Assembly: GCA_036867785.1 (NCBI GenBank)
Contig: CP145426.1
Location: 372,001 to 436,000, forward strand
Length of the DNA stretch: 64,000 bases
Direction of reading: 5' to 3'
Source of the DNA: Plasmodiophora brassicae
Lineage: Eukaryota
A program made the position numbers and the translations under genes. Below, in pieces: positions 34,713-48,858 of the stretch. How positions within the stretch are numbered: position 1 is the stretch's first letter; every line of letters begins with the position of its first letter. The notes beneath the pieces were generated by a model. It saw only the letters and a list, made by a program, of their open reading frames with translations, had not been told where the DNA came from and did not search any database.

Positions 34713-37700
34713 TCAGCATGTGAACTGCGAGTTCAGTTGCGCGTCGCTGACGAAGTGCGACCCTCCTCCGCAACGCCATCCCGAGCCGCACTTATACCAG
34801 TTGAAGCCCGCTGGGCACGACATCAGCCTGCGTAGCTTCTCCTGGACCTCCCTGGCCTTGCGCTCCTCTTCCTGGCGCGCCGCGAGTTCCTTCTCGCGAC
34901 GCTCCCGTTCCACCAGCTCCAGATGCCGGCGTCTGGCCTCGTCCTGCTCGCGACGGATTTCTTCCATGCGCTGATCGTGCAGGCGTCGTGCCTCCTCCGC
35001 TTCCTCCTCCTTCCTGCGTATTTGCTCCTCGTTCAGACGTTTCGCTTCCTCCAGTGTCGCCCAGTCCGCGTCGGACACGCCCGCATCACGACCCGGGGCC
35101 GTTTCAGGGGCGTCCGTTCCATCAGGATCGGGTCGACTGTTGACGTTCTCGGCTCGTGCGAATACGTGCTCGGTAGCAGAATGGGGTCCATCACTCGTCA
35201 TCGCTGCGTCTGGATCCAGCGATGGAAGATCCCTCAACATCGGCGCTGCGTCCGGGGGCCTCCGTTGCGCAATCATCTTAGAGACGGCCCTCTCAACATC
35301 GTCCAGCTGCAGGATGAGTTCATGCTCAGGCGCGTTGACCACACGCGACGCCCGCTGCTTCATCGCCTTCTCCCATAACGCCGTGACATCGCGCCCGTTC
35401 GCCCAGCCGGGAAACCTGATCAGTTGTTCGCATCCAGCCTTGACAATGTTGATCGCCGCATCCGGAATCGATAAACCCTCCTTCCTGGCCTTATTGCTGA
35501 AGAAGAGCGCACAGTCGCCCGCGTCCCAGTCGTCGAAATCAAAGACGTGCGTGATTCGCGACTTCAGACCAGAGTTGCGGTCCAGCATGCGATCCATGTC
35601 GCTGGCAAATCTCGCATCAGCCAGACGCCTTGTTGTGCGCGACCACGCGATTGCTTACGCGGCATATCCGGCGAGAATGATGACCATTCCTTGGTACTGC
35701 TCATCGGTCATCGCTGCGACCAGAGTTGTGATGGCTTCTAAACCGAAGCTGCCGTTCCCCAGCTCATAGGCCTACCGATTGGATCAGCCAGGCTTCCAAG
35801 TGCCGTATGATCGAAACAGACCTCATCAATAAAGAGCACGCCGCCCCTTGCTTCCCCGAGCTGCTGCTCGACTGCCTTTTTCGTGTGACCAACGTATTCG
35901 CCTGGACAGTAATTACACGTTGGTATCGACCGCATGTGTTACGAGCGCGCAGGACAATGGCTGACCAGTCAGGCCCAGGCCGCTGCTCTCCTTTGTACGA
36001 TCCGTTGGAAGGATGCCCAGCTGGAACAGGATCTTCGACATGGCACGAGCCACGGTGGTCTTTCCTGTGCCAGGATTCCCCTACACGAACACGAATCAGA
36101 CAGAGAAGAGACGCCCTATTACGCAATGTGTGCTGATGTACGCGAAACACGAAGTGACCGATAGGCGGCAGAGGCGATCCTTCGCCCTGAGCGACTTGGA
36201 TGACGTTGCGTATGGCGACCAGCTCGGCCCGGATCGCATCAACCTTGTAGAGGCCATCCAGGAGTTTCAACGGGTCCACGGAGTCATCAATGGACACCCC
36301 GTCAATGTCGTCAGGCTGCAGAACGATGCCATCCGTCCCAGGGTGCAACGAAGCCTTCGCGACCGCGGCCTTGAGCAAGTTGTCGACGGCGCCAGCGTTG
36401 CCGAAATTCGCCTGACCGCGCTGCATCGACAGCACGCGGATCGCCTTCTTGCTCACCTCGTACATGACCTTTATGCCCTGCTTGAGACATTTCGAATTGA
36501 AAATGGTCTGTACGCGGTGCCCATCGAGTGTTAGCACTCGCCATCAACCTTCATCACGCGCAGCAACGGACCAGAAGTTGGGAGTCGTCGTAATCCTCGA
36601 AGCGGAACGCATAGTCGAAAGCGAAGCGACGCGCGAGACCCGGGTTCGTCTTTCGCATCATTTCCGACATGTTCTTCTCATATCCCAATAGAAGCACGGC
36701 GATGTCGTCACTTTCGGTCCCTTGCACCTTCTCAACGATGACATCGAGGACCTGGTTGCCGTACAGGCCGTCCGCCAAGTTGTACGCTTCGTCAATGACA
36801 AGAACTTTACCGCGGGCGTTCTCTATGATGTTGCTGGCTTTCTTCTGCGATTCACCGACAACAGACCCGACGAAGTCGCTTGCTGTCTTGAATACGACAC
36901 CGCCCACAGACAGAAAGTTCAGCTCCTTGAGCAGGTCAGCGTAGAGATGGGCACAGGTTGTCTTTCCCGTTCCTATGACGAACTGTAAGGTCGGCACCTG
37001 ATTCGCATGTTTCCAATGGAGATACCAGGATTGCCCAGGAACAAGCGGTTCAAAATCACGGGACAGCTTGGTTTTGCACTGTAGCCGGAGCTGGTAATTC
37101 TTTGAACACACGCTCACGAACTCGACGACGGATTGCTTGACAGCGGCCCAGCCAGTCATGCCGTTGAATTTGTCCAGGATGCGTTTGACCTTGGGATTGT
37201 TGAGCGGGTCCTCGCCAACAACGTCCTCGATCTTGAGCTCCATGTGCGACGTGTCAAAATCATCACATGACATGCGACGATTCGTTGCGGTTTCGATTAG
37301 CTTCCTGACGGCCCTGGCGTTTCCGAACCCTTTCCTGTTGGCTGCTTTTGACAGTTCATAAGCAACCAGATTCCCGATGGCTGGGTCGGCGTTCCATCCC
37401 TTGTCGGACAGCTGCGATTGCCAGATCGTCTTCAGCTCGTCTTCGTCGAAGTCCTCAAAGACGATCTCTTGGAAGCGCGACTTCAATCCATCATTGTACG
37501 CGAACAGCTTATTCTGTATATCATCTTGTCAAGAGCAAAGATCAGAATCACAAACCAAGTCGGCAACATTGCCAGTGGGTCACCTTCGTATCCAGCAAGA
37601 ATGAAGCTAATGCAATCTCTCATGCTCTCCGAGCAAGTAAGAAGCTCTGCTACGATCGGTTTGCCTTTGAAGTCTCCAATGGGGTCCAAGTCGTACGCCT

Positions 37701-40700
37701 CGTCAACAAATATCGTTCCATTGCCGCACGACTTGATCGCTTTACGGAACTCGTCCACGCCATCGTCCTTCAGTTGCTGCGCCGTCAACTCGATGAACGT
37801 TTCCGACCTCCTCATCCCGCAATCCTTCAGAATTTGAGCGAACAGGCGAGCCACTGTGGTCTTCCCCGTGCCTGCATAAGTTCTCGTCAGCCATGTGATG
37901 TCGTCATTCGTCAATACGATACTGACCTGGGTTACCAAGGAAGCAGAAATTTAACGTCATCGCGTTCTTCCTTCGCTTCTCCGCATCCATCTTGTTTCGC
38001 ACAAGGGCCGACTTGAAGATGAGGACCGCTTCGGTTTTCACTTTCTTCAAGCCCGTCAGCGCAAGCAGCTCCTCCATGGCATCGGAGTGACAGCGTTCGC
38101 TCTCCTTCAGCTGCTCCCATAACGACTTTGCGGATTGCGATGTCACGTCGGGCAAGACATCGCCAACCCCGGTGGACTGTTCAAGACACGCGAGCTCGTC
38201 AGGTGTCAGCCAGTCCTTGGCGCAGTCCTCGTAGCATTTAACGAACGCCGTCAAACACGCCCGGGATTCAGCGGGGTTGCTGTTCTTTGCCAGACGCGCA
38301 GCAGCAACGATTGTGAGGGGATGGGCTCGACGCGAATCGACACTGTGAACGTATTCCTGGAACTCGTGTTCGGCATCGGCCGCGAAGTCGAGATGCAACA
38401 GCTCGAGGCAGCGGAACAGTTGCAGTTCCGGTACCTTCAGCGACGCTGACAACGTCTTCAAGTACTCGAGGCCCCCGAACGGACCGCCCGTCGACGGAGG
38501 CGATTCTGTAGCATCCGATTTTGTAAACTGGAGTTTCGCGATAAGGCGTGCCTCTAGAGAAGGCGCAGCATCCTTATTGCCTCGCGTGAACAACCGCCCA
38601 TCCCATGGACCAAACTGGAGTCCGGACAATCGAGTCGCAAGGAGCATGTCCAAATGTTCGCGATGGCGTTCCCGGAAATCGACGTTCGTACTGGAAACAG
38701 CCGTGGTTCGCTGTTGTTGGGACAGTGCCTTTGCCTGGATGTACACTGGGCCAAGATCGACATCTTCGGGGAGCGAACTGGCGACTGCAGAGATCGTGTC
38801 ATGAGACGCACAGATAGCGTGAGATGCCGATAATGCGAATGGGTCCCATAGCACCAACGTTGTACTGCCATCTTTCAGATGACGCTGGACAGCATCAAAC
38901 CCGTTTTTCCTGTGCTGTTGGACCCACTGCTTTGACTGCACAAGCATGTCCTTTGCCTGCTGCTGAGCTTTCAATTTCTGCTTATTGCTGCCCTTGCTTC
39001 GCGGAGCGGGACCTTTCGGAATATCGGGCGGGTCGACGAGGACATGGCAGGTGAAAGCCACACCGATGACAAAGTGCAGATCGCTACGTGCCCCCGATTG
39101 CTTACGAGAGAGTAGGACGCCTTCGATATTTGGACGGGTCCAAGGATACACTTGAACTCCATGAAGCGTGGCGGGTTTGACATGGTCCGATAGACGGAAG
39201 TCTTTCCCGGAATCATTCACGGGAATGAACCACTTGGTGACAGCGCGTCTGTATACCGGGCGAAGCCAAGCGTCATCCATCGACAGTAGCCAATCCCTGA
39301 AGTTCAAGAGCATGACCAAGAGATTACAACGAACATCGCCCTCGTTGCGAGGCAGACATCTCAGTGATGTGAGCTTCGATTCGTCAAGATCCGCAGTAAG
39401 TACGTCCGGGTCGATGGGTGGCCGTTCGTCTTCATCCAGCAGGCGGATGTCCTCATCAAGATGATGTTGTATGCAAGAGGGACATTGCTCAGGGACTCCT
39501 TCGGAGCATTGCGGATACTTGAACCTGTGCCCAGCCTCGCATGTCCAGAGTGACAATGTCGCACAAGTAGGGTGCGCCGCAAGATGGCAAGGTTGGATGA
39601 CGGTTGCCCTACAAATATCAAAATTCCAACATTGTCGTTCGACAGTCTCAGAGCAGGGTTCTTTAAGGCTGACATCACGGAGACAACACTTGAAAGACAC
39701 GCTGTGCCCACATGAAAGTGGCTCGGAGAGCACGACATCGCATTCCGGAATGCGAACTGGCATGTCTCGCCGGAGACAAGCAATAGCTTGAAAACAAGGA
39801 ATCCAAACAGAATGCCCACAGCCAGAGGCTCGGCGAAGCTCGACAGGGACGGAACATTTCGAAATGTAACTAGACAACGCGGTAGGGACCGTGCTGGGGC
39901 TAACATCCCAGTTGTCGTGGAATATCCCATTTTGAATTGACGTCCACGAGGGCGATACCATAAAACCGGGCGGCCAGGCACCCCAACCGTTGAAACCTCG
40001 CAAGTGGCACGGGATAATGACCGGATGATTGCACAAGGGATTCGTCACTGTCACCTGAACGCAGCACCGCGCCGGTTTTCTGGCTTTCGCGCAAGTCATC
40101 TTCTCCTCATGTCCACATTTGCGAATCAGCGTGACGTCCACCGAGCACCGAAGAGCGATTTTGCAAGGGGGTCCAAACGCGTTGACGTCGTCTTCGTTCA
40201 CGATGGTAACAGGACAGCGAACCGACGTTAAGGCCCCGGCTGCCTGCAGAGTCTGCTTTTGGATACAGGTTGACGTGAATGGGTGACCGCATTCCGGGTT
40301 GATGATCGTTTCCTTTTGATCGCAGCGGGACGCGTGCTGCGCCATATCAAACGCACCACTACATTGCAGCGATATCTCATGACCGCACTTGCGCTGAAAT
40401 AAGACGGTGTTCTTGCAGGTGGAGTCTTTCGGCCCATAAGGTTGACCTTCGTAGACAATGCCCTCTGACCCAAGCGTGTTGCCTGTCCACGAATCCAGCG
40501 CTGCCGCACGTTTGCACGGTACGCTCGCCGAGTGGCCGCATCGTGGAAGGTTCAGTTGCATCATTTCGTTACACGTGAGAACAGCCGCGCCACACTCATA
40601 CTGATCCTTCAGGTAGCAAGCGACCTTCTTTTCATGGCCGCATTTGGGACGATACAGGACCTGAGCTTTACAGTGGGTAACGAAAGAGGGCGTGCGTTCC

Positions 40701-43700
40701 CAATCGGTGAACACGGAGCAGGTCAAGTTGATGTCGTGACCGCACGCGTACACATAAGGTCGAAGGGCCGGCTGTGAGCACATAGGCCAATTCAAAGCAC
40801 CAGTGGAATAATCATGCTCTTCGGCGCACGTGACACGAATCGAGTGTGAACATGGCATCTCCACGTCCACCGGTTCCTGGCACCGGTACAGTGCCATTGC
40901 ATCGTCAATGGTGTCAAGCGGCTGAGGCGTCTTACGGAATAGTTTGGCCACTGCAAAGACGCGCGTGCAAGTCAAGGCTTTACGGTGGTGAGGGCAAGGC
41001 GATGCAATCGGCACGCTGCATTGCGCATTGTGGTCGAGTCTCGGCCAATGGCATCGTAACCCGCACATGTGCGTGCAACTCAGAACCGAGTCGCATCGCA
41101 GGTCGCAGAACCCAAGCGACACCTACAGGTTTCAATGCACCGCTTATTAGAACAAACCAGCAATGGTGACGGGCGCACTGGTACCTCATCAGGATTGCGT
41201 GCCATGAACAGGCTGTCTCGGTGCAACGGGCAGCACAGAGGCAGCTCTGTACCCATGCGAGGCCCGTCATACACGACGATTGCTTTGTTAGCGTTGTCGG
41301 AATCGCCCGGCGCCTTCAGAATGTCAAGTGCGCGTTTCCAGTGTTCAGCGCCCTTGGCGTTAAAGTACCCGGCATTGCCGACAATGAACAGGCCAAGTCG
41401 AGCACGGCTCAGAAGAACTATCATCCTGTATTGATGTCAGAATGTGCCTCCATAATGAAGAATTCAAACCGACCTGTTCTGGAGTCTGACAAACGGCGAT
41501 TTTGATTTCTCGTCGGCCACCAGTGATACAAGCACAACGTCCGCTTCATCACCCTGATATCTGTAAATGTCATAAGGCACGGAATGCACATTGAGTAGCA
41601 ACGAAGACGCTACCGATCGATTGTAGATACCACACAAGTATCCTGGATAATGGAGGTGTCTAAGCGGCGTCCAGCGAGGAGACGGACGTCTTGCAGTTTC
41701 TTCCGGATTAACATTAGCTGGCCTAAGCCCTGGCATTAGAACGGCAGCAGCGTTGAACTTTGCAAAGGTACCTTTATACGGCGTGATTACAGCAATCGAT
41801 GTCTTCGGAACACCGCAATCACTATAAGAGGTAAATCAGCGCAGCAAGCACACGCAATCTCATATGCCACGTACACAAGGTACTTCGCCAGCCGGCACAC
41901 CATGTCTGCCTCTAGGTTGTTCACCTTGCTGAGACCGACGTCAGCTCGGGTTTGAGACCCCGTGTGCTGCCAGAAGAAGATAGATGGCGCAATGCCTGGC
42001 ACTTCCCGTCCTTTGCATGTCACTCTATCAATCAGCGACATCTGCCTTGTTGAGCGAATTGCGGACGACTGCCCAATCAACTTGGTAGAGCATATCTCAT
42101 GGTCTTCGATCGCAGTTATGCCATGGTAGAATTCCCGAGTCAGATCAGCAATATTCTTCCGCATACGCCGCTGAATGGACAGAACGGTGTACGGTACACG
42201 ATTTTCTCGCGGTGCTCGAACAAGACGTTCAAACATGCTACAAAGGAATACAAGTCATGTTCGGACAATACGCATCCCGTCCAAGCAACGTACCTCACAT
42301 TAATCTTGTTAATCCTTTCGTATTCAAATTTCGACATCAGCGAGGGCGACTGTAGCAAGGTCAGGCCGGGGTCGTAGCAGATACAGCAGCGCTCCTACCA
42401 ATTGAAGGTGGTCACCAATTTGCTCAAACTTGCATGTCGAAGAGCTGATACACGACAGCAGAAGCGGTTCTAGGACTTCCGATGCTTCCTCGACAATGAC
42501 GGCGAATGGGTTCAACGCGCGGATAGCCTCCAACCGCCCGATGCAACTAACAATCGTTCCTCCCAGGACAGCTTTGCCCTCGTAGACGTGTGCTTTGGCG
42601 CGTACTTCTGCTTCCAGGAAGGACATCCGAGCTTGATCTATTGCGCGCGTCACAATTGACGAGACGCGATCGTGCAGTGTCCATGCGACGAATATAAAGG
42701 CCTCAATGATCGCCCAGCGTTCATCGAACGAACTGTCCCAGGTCCACTTGGACGGATGGACGAATTCGTGTTCACCTTGGGATCTCGCAACGGGCTGGCA
42801 TTTTTCGTCGCTGGACTCGTCCTCGTAGACATGTTCGTCGTCAACTGGGACGCTCGTCGCAACGTCGTCAGCGCCAAATACCTCACGAAGGTGCAGAAGA
42901 TGGTCTGGATCATCGACGTCGTCGGGATTATCAACGGGCACATCGCGAGCAGTCTCATCATCGCTGCCGCCGGTCAACAACCATTCGTCATCAACAATAT
43001 CAGTGTTGCTGGCCTGCTTGTGGTCGTGCTCTGCATCACCTACAGCGCCATCGAGAGCCTCATTCGCGAACGAATCCTCAGGAGTCACCAAGTCGAAGGG
43101 CATGAAATCATCCGATTCGACGACAAGGTCGTGCTGGTCACTTTGGACCGCTTCGCGTTCAACAGCGACAAGGTCTTCGTCGACAGGGATTGTGGAATCA
43201 GGCGCGACTGCCGTTGAACGCGCCTCGGAGATAGCGTAGTCCTGATGGTTGCCGCAGTACCCAGTGCCAGGGAGCACATTTCCTTTACAACGACGCCGCT
43301 TCTTGGTCACCGCCTGGCATATCGAATCCGTGAGGCTGTCGCCAAGAGGTGAAGAGCGCGAAACTGGCGTTTCCCCCAAAAGATGACGATGGTTGCGACA
43401 AAACGGCACCTCTGACGTTCCAAACGAGCGGCACCTGACCCCAGATCTCGTAAAGGCACGGCAGGGAACGCGAACGTGCTCTTCGCAATAGAGCGAGTCT
43501 GGCGATACCACCACTTTCATGCAGGTACCGTCATCAACGCATAGCGGATGATCAGAGCAGGTGTTCCGAGGGTACTCGTTCACGGCGCACTGTGCGACTG
43601 CTCCCAGGTGAAGGCATATCAGACAAGCGTGCTCTTGACAGAATATCTGAGGTGAAGGCAGACGTAGTTCTCCACAAGACGCCTGCTGACAAGCGTGGGC

Positions 43701-46700
43701 TGAACAATAGATCTTGCCAAGAACGACGGCATCTGGACAGTGCACCGACGCTGTGGGGCCGACATGAGTACAACGATGCTCCGCACAGCACTTGGATCCC
43801 AGATCACTCGGTCTAGTACACTTCGAGTCGCCTGCAAGACTAGAATCTTCGACATCATCGTCAAATTCGGCGTCCCTCAGATGCCGATCTGGCCTATAGA
43901 TGTCATCGTAAGAGCACGGCGGTTGCGGTTCGAAACCTGGGAAAGCTCAGCAGATAGCAGAACAAAAGAGTAGTACCCGTACCGGTAAGCCACCGATGAA
44001 GGACTTCGCAGCTATCCATGCTCTCGTCATAATGCTGTGCGAAGAGGTTAATGTTGGCCAATGCCAGGATATAGGTTGGTTAAATGGGAAACGAACCTTA
44101 ATTCCGTTGTACAGCATGGCAATCGCATCATACCCCATGGCGCATGTATCATGCTTGACGTTGATAAAATACTGGGCGAAGGTATCAAACGTCATGCTTG
44201 TCCATCTTTCGTGAGACGCAACGTCCTCAAGGGATAGCTCAGCACCTGACCCAGACACCAAATTTATAATCTCGACGGTCCTAGAGTTCGCATCAGCAAC
44301 GGCCATATAGCATGCGGTGCCGACAATACCTAGCGACGGCTTGCTGTAACGTTGAGGCCGCCGTGTAGGTGCTAGTCTTTCGACGCTTGGCTTCGTCCTC
44401 ATTTGCCACGTCCGCGTGCAACCCCATGGCATCTGCACGAGCTGAAAACAATGCCTGAAGCGCTTCCGCGAAGGTGTGGTATTTCGTTCGCAGGTCGCAC
44501 ACATCGGACAGCTTCGACCGTGCGGCCTTGACACCTGGATCATCATACCATGCGCTGCGTTCGACGTATCGACTAAGAGAAGGTTCGCTGCATCCGCCGC
44601 CAATTCGAATCATCGAAACACTGGGTTCAGATTTCACCAGATCGCACAGGAACTCATCGATCGCATGATTCTACAGAGAAAAACGTCAGCGTTAATACAT
44701 GTCAGCGCAACACGTCCCACCTTATAACTGAGCACCAGGATCGGAGGACGCCCGACAGATGGATTAGTCATCATCCACAGTTTTCGCACGATGAGCATTG
44801 CCCGAGTCATCACCACGCCGACATAAGATTTGCCAGTGCCTGGTGGCCTGCCACGAAACATTCAGAGTACCGTTCCAGAAACGCGGCAGCCGAGTTACCC
44901 GAGAGTGCAGTGTACCGGATATGTTAACGCGTCCAGGAAGCTCTGCATCTGTCCTGGATCAAGTGTAGTCTTCTTCACAAGGAGCTCCAGTTTGTGCTGG
45001 AGTGAATCGCGGACATTGGGATCGCGTCGCAGCTGAATGATCGGGTCGATCATCGAGTTGTCAATCAACTTGGTCACATTTGCCCTTATTACTTCGTCCT
45101 GAAGATGATGACTGCCAATGGGCGAGGACACGAATTGCGTCTGCTGATCGTGCGCTCCATCACCATCAACGTCAGCGTCATTGTAGTCAATAGCATGGTC
45201 GACAGAGTGGCGTGGCGATAGGTTGAGCAAAGCGCCATTCTGGAAAGGTAATGTGGACACGCTAAGGTGCCCGAGGGCAATAAGCACGGGGACGAATTCG
45301 GGAACGAATATCTGGCAATCAATTATCGCGATTTGATCACCGTGTTTCAGGTCGATGCTGGTGAGGCGCGTCAGCCGGGACACATCTGATAAATCAAATA
45401 GAGTGAAAGCAATCTACACCGAGCAGAGTGAGCATCGACAGCATATACATCCTTCGCGTAGCAGACCTGTTTGCGTTCCCGGCGCTTGAATTCGTCGCGC
45501 GACTCCTGTTGCGAGTGCACGACGATCTCGCCCCACAAAATTCGATCGGACAGGCGCAAGCTGGCCTTGGGACCCGACAGCTTCACGATGCCGATCAAGT
45601 TCGGTGCGCACAGGCGCGTGGTGGTCTTCCAGTTCGGCGCGATGGCGGGAGGTCGACGACTCTCCAGCTGGTCGGCGAAAATCCGACCATCGAAGTTCAC
45701 TTTGACAACGCGAGCGTCATAGATATGGGTGGAAGAATAACGTCCAGGAGGTCCTCGCAGTGCTTCTTTCGCCTTGGCCGCGCATGGGTTACAAAGGCCA
45801 CGGTTGTGGAACTTGTTCGGGCAGGCGAGAACGACCGGGCGCGTACAGCGCGGCGCCATGCAGGTCAGTGACCCCGACCTCTCTTCGGGGATCGCCCACA
45901 GGGTGCGCCCGCACGGACGACCTTGTTGGTCGTGATCGTGGCAATGCGGCGTCAGGGCATAGCTACCGTGCTCGAACGTGATGGCCACCCAGACCTTGAG
46001 CACGGTTTCAAAGTAATCATGCGTGGAGTCGTAGACGCCTTGCGATCTCGTTCCAGGAACCTTCATCACGGGAACTTCCGTTGCTTGGAAGATCGACGTC
46101 GTCGAAAGCCATGCAATAGTAGCATCGCGCCATTGCAGGTACGCTTGCGAATCCACGCGTGATAACGCTGACCCGGCAGATGACGATGTCGATTCGGACG
46201 ACGAAATCGTCTGGCACGTCTTAATGGTCCAAGGTTTCTCCAATTCATCCTGTGTTCGCCGATCAGTACATGAATGTACAGAGTAAGATAGCACAGGTTG
46301 TACCAGCAGCTCGCTGATCTTTGATTGCGCCAGACGGTGCTCCTTGTGCCTGGCGTCCAGAGCCCCGGACGCGCAACCGAGTATGCTTTCCAGTGAGTGC
46401 CTCACGTCAGCGGGTGCCAGGTTCCAACAGGTCTTCATCAGGCGCTGAAAGCGTGCAAGTCAACAGGTGCATCCGACACCCTGTAATACATGTACCTTGG
46501 TCGCGTTGACGCAAGCTTCGACGTTTCGAACGCGCTGTTCTTGACCGGCCTGTGCGGATCCTTTGATAAAACGTTCAATTGTAAGCGAGAAATCTGGCAA
46601 CCGCTCCCGTCAGAACTTATAAAGATGAGCAGCGTAGCGCGCATTACCTGATAGAGGCACCGTCGCAACCGGTGCTTCGTTCGAGAACGGAATCCGGGCC

Positions 46701-47092
46701 AGGGCTGTGACCAGAGTCGCCAAGACCTCCATGCTCAGCGAATTGCGCACGTCGCCAGACCACGCGGCGATCCAGAGATCGCGCCCGACAACGGAACACA
46801 GCAGCTTCACCAGATCAGTGTCCGTCTTTCGCGCCAATGTTTCAACGAATCCTGACACCACACGCTGGCCGGGTCCGTTCTGCTCTGGTACCGCTCCATA
46901 ATTGAAGTCTCTTCGTCCCGGAGGTCGCGGGCCTCCGCGCGAACCGCCACGATCCGGCGGACATCCATAACCTCCTCTCCCACGACCCGAAGGTCCGTTC
47001 CCGCGCCCGCGACCGGCATACGGGGCCGATCCCCGTCCACGACCGCGTCCACGCCCCGAGTCGCCGCGATAAGGCGGCGGAGGCGTCGGCAT
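34713..47092 (-). CDS. ZNFX1-like Upf1/SF1 helicase with NFX1-type zinc fingers and three CbbX/SpoVK-type AAA+ domains (multi-exon)
   Basis: RGG-rich N-terminus; PPGTGKSYVG, VIVEEASEV, QIGDHLQL, MFERL, QRRMR, YQGDEAD, SRARLGL; many CGH repeats; GTGKTT/FVDEAY, GFGNARAVR, GWANGRDV; C-terminal CPAGFNWYKCGSGWRCGGGSHF. Confidence 0.85.
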
Positions 47093-47368
47093 GCCTGTCG
47101 GTCTGTGGTTGTCGAAGACAGCCACCAATCCGGAATGAAAGCCGTTGCGGCCAGATCGGCGCCATGGAATGCGGCCGTTGAGAAAAAGGGGGTGCTCCTC
47201 ACGGTGACGGGCGCGCTCTCGTTGTCGACTACCGTATTCCTATAATGGGAGCCAACTGGGCGGCGACAGATTTGGAAATCTGGGCCTCGCCCACCCAGGT
47301 CCGTCTGCAGGAGGATTCGGCGACCGGAGGGCATTGCGACACTTTACTGGGATGCCGGGTAGAGATGA

Positions 47369-48559
47369 TCACGTGTTCACGGATATGATGGCGGTCCGCC
47401 ATCCGCCCATGACGACCCCGATCACGGATCGATCGGGGCCGATGTGGTCGCGCGGAACAACTTCGCAGGGTCGAGGCATATCGGCGTCGTGACCGTTGCC
47501 GCCGGCGCAGTGGTTGCCCCAGGTGAAGAGCTGTCCGCTGAGCGTTATGTATCCTTGATGCCAGTCGCCCAGGAAGACATCACAAACGTCATCGGGCAAC
47601 TCCTCTGGTGAGGCGAACTCGTTATTCAGCCATACAATCCAGCGTTTCGACGTTTTCAACGCAACCGACTGGAACCAGACCCGTAGCTTCAACGGGACCT
47701 CCTCCGGGTCGAACTCCATAATCGATTGCCAGGACGGGTCCGGCCCCATCGGCGACGTGTACAGGCCATGTCGGTTCGCCGCGATGACCTGCGTTCCGAC
47801 TCCAAACAGGTCAAAGTCGTTTTCAGCGTTCCTGATATTATTCCTGTATCAGACCAGTTCCCTGTCTCAATGTTCAACATGACCTACCTACCAGGTTACC
47901 GTGTCGGATGGGGACATGAGGGTCATTGTTCCCTTGTCATCGACGACGAGGGCAGTTTGCCACCCAATCTCAATATGCCGCACGTTGACGTCTAGAAGAT
48001 GACGGTTCGGAGGCACCGCATCGGATAGCATCAGCTCGAAGCGCACAGACCAGACACCATGACGCTTCACGGCGATCAGGTTTCTCCCAGCGCGGACATC
48101 GGTGACTTGGGTCAGGAACGTATGCACAAAGCCATGCCCGTTCAGATGGCCGATGACGACCAGCGTGTCCGTTGTGGTTCGCAGAGCGATAAAGTACCCG
48201 CCAACGTACACGTCACGTACGGACCGGAACCCTCCTGGGACCCTGTACAGATCAGACGTGCCTTCAATCGCTGCTGGGTCACCAGCTCCGAACTGGAACA
48301 CTTGTATGCCGTCCTTCTCCACCGTATCCAGAAGGCGTCGGTAACCAACCGCGTGCACAACGGCAGGACTGATCGGAAAACTATGAAGTTGGCCATGGAG
48401 CAACTCCTGCCAGAGCCGCTCTGCGCCCTTGATTTCCGCGCGCAGCGCCCTGCAGGTCGCCATGCACCGACGAAGGGCGTTGCTGGAGCACAGCCCCAGG
48501 ACGCAGAGCAACAGGTCCGGCGGCAGCGTCAGCAACGTTAACGACGCCGCATCTGCCAT
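47369..48559 (-). CDS. F-box protein with RCC1-like beta-propeller segments (spliced)
   Basis: LLTLPPDLLLCVLGLC...CRALR...LW; later LGDWHQGYITLSGQLFTWG and MGGWRTAII. Confidence 0.6.
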
Positions 48560-48858
48560 GCGATCCGTGGATGATGCCAGATATTCCGTGCAGGCCTATG
48601 AATATCTATCTACCGTACCTCTGTAGGTCGTGGTGCCCCGCTCCTTCGAATCATGCATATAACACATACAATAGGGCAGGGATGTGTTACACGATCGCGA
48701 TAATTCCACGTGTGGGACAGAGAGACGTGCACAACGTTGTTTCGTTCGTGTAAGAAACACTTCATTGCCGAGAGCGGAGAGCCCCATGACGTTTCAGAGC
48801 GTTGTGTTGCAGGTCTGATCAGAAGCAAGACTAACGGATTGGTAGTCGAGGCATCGCA

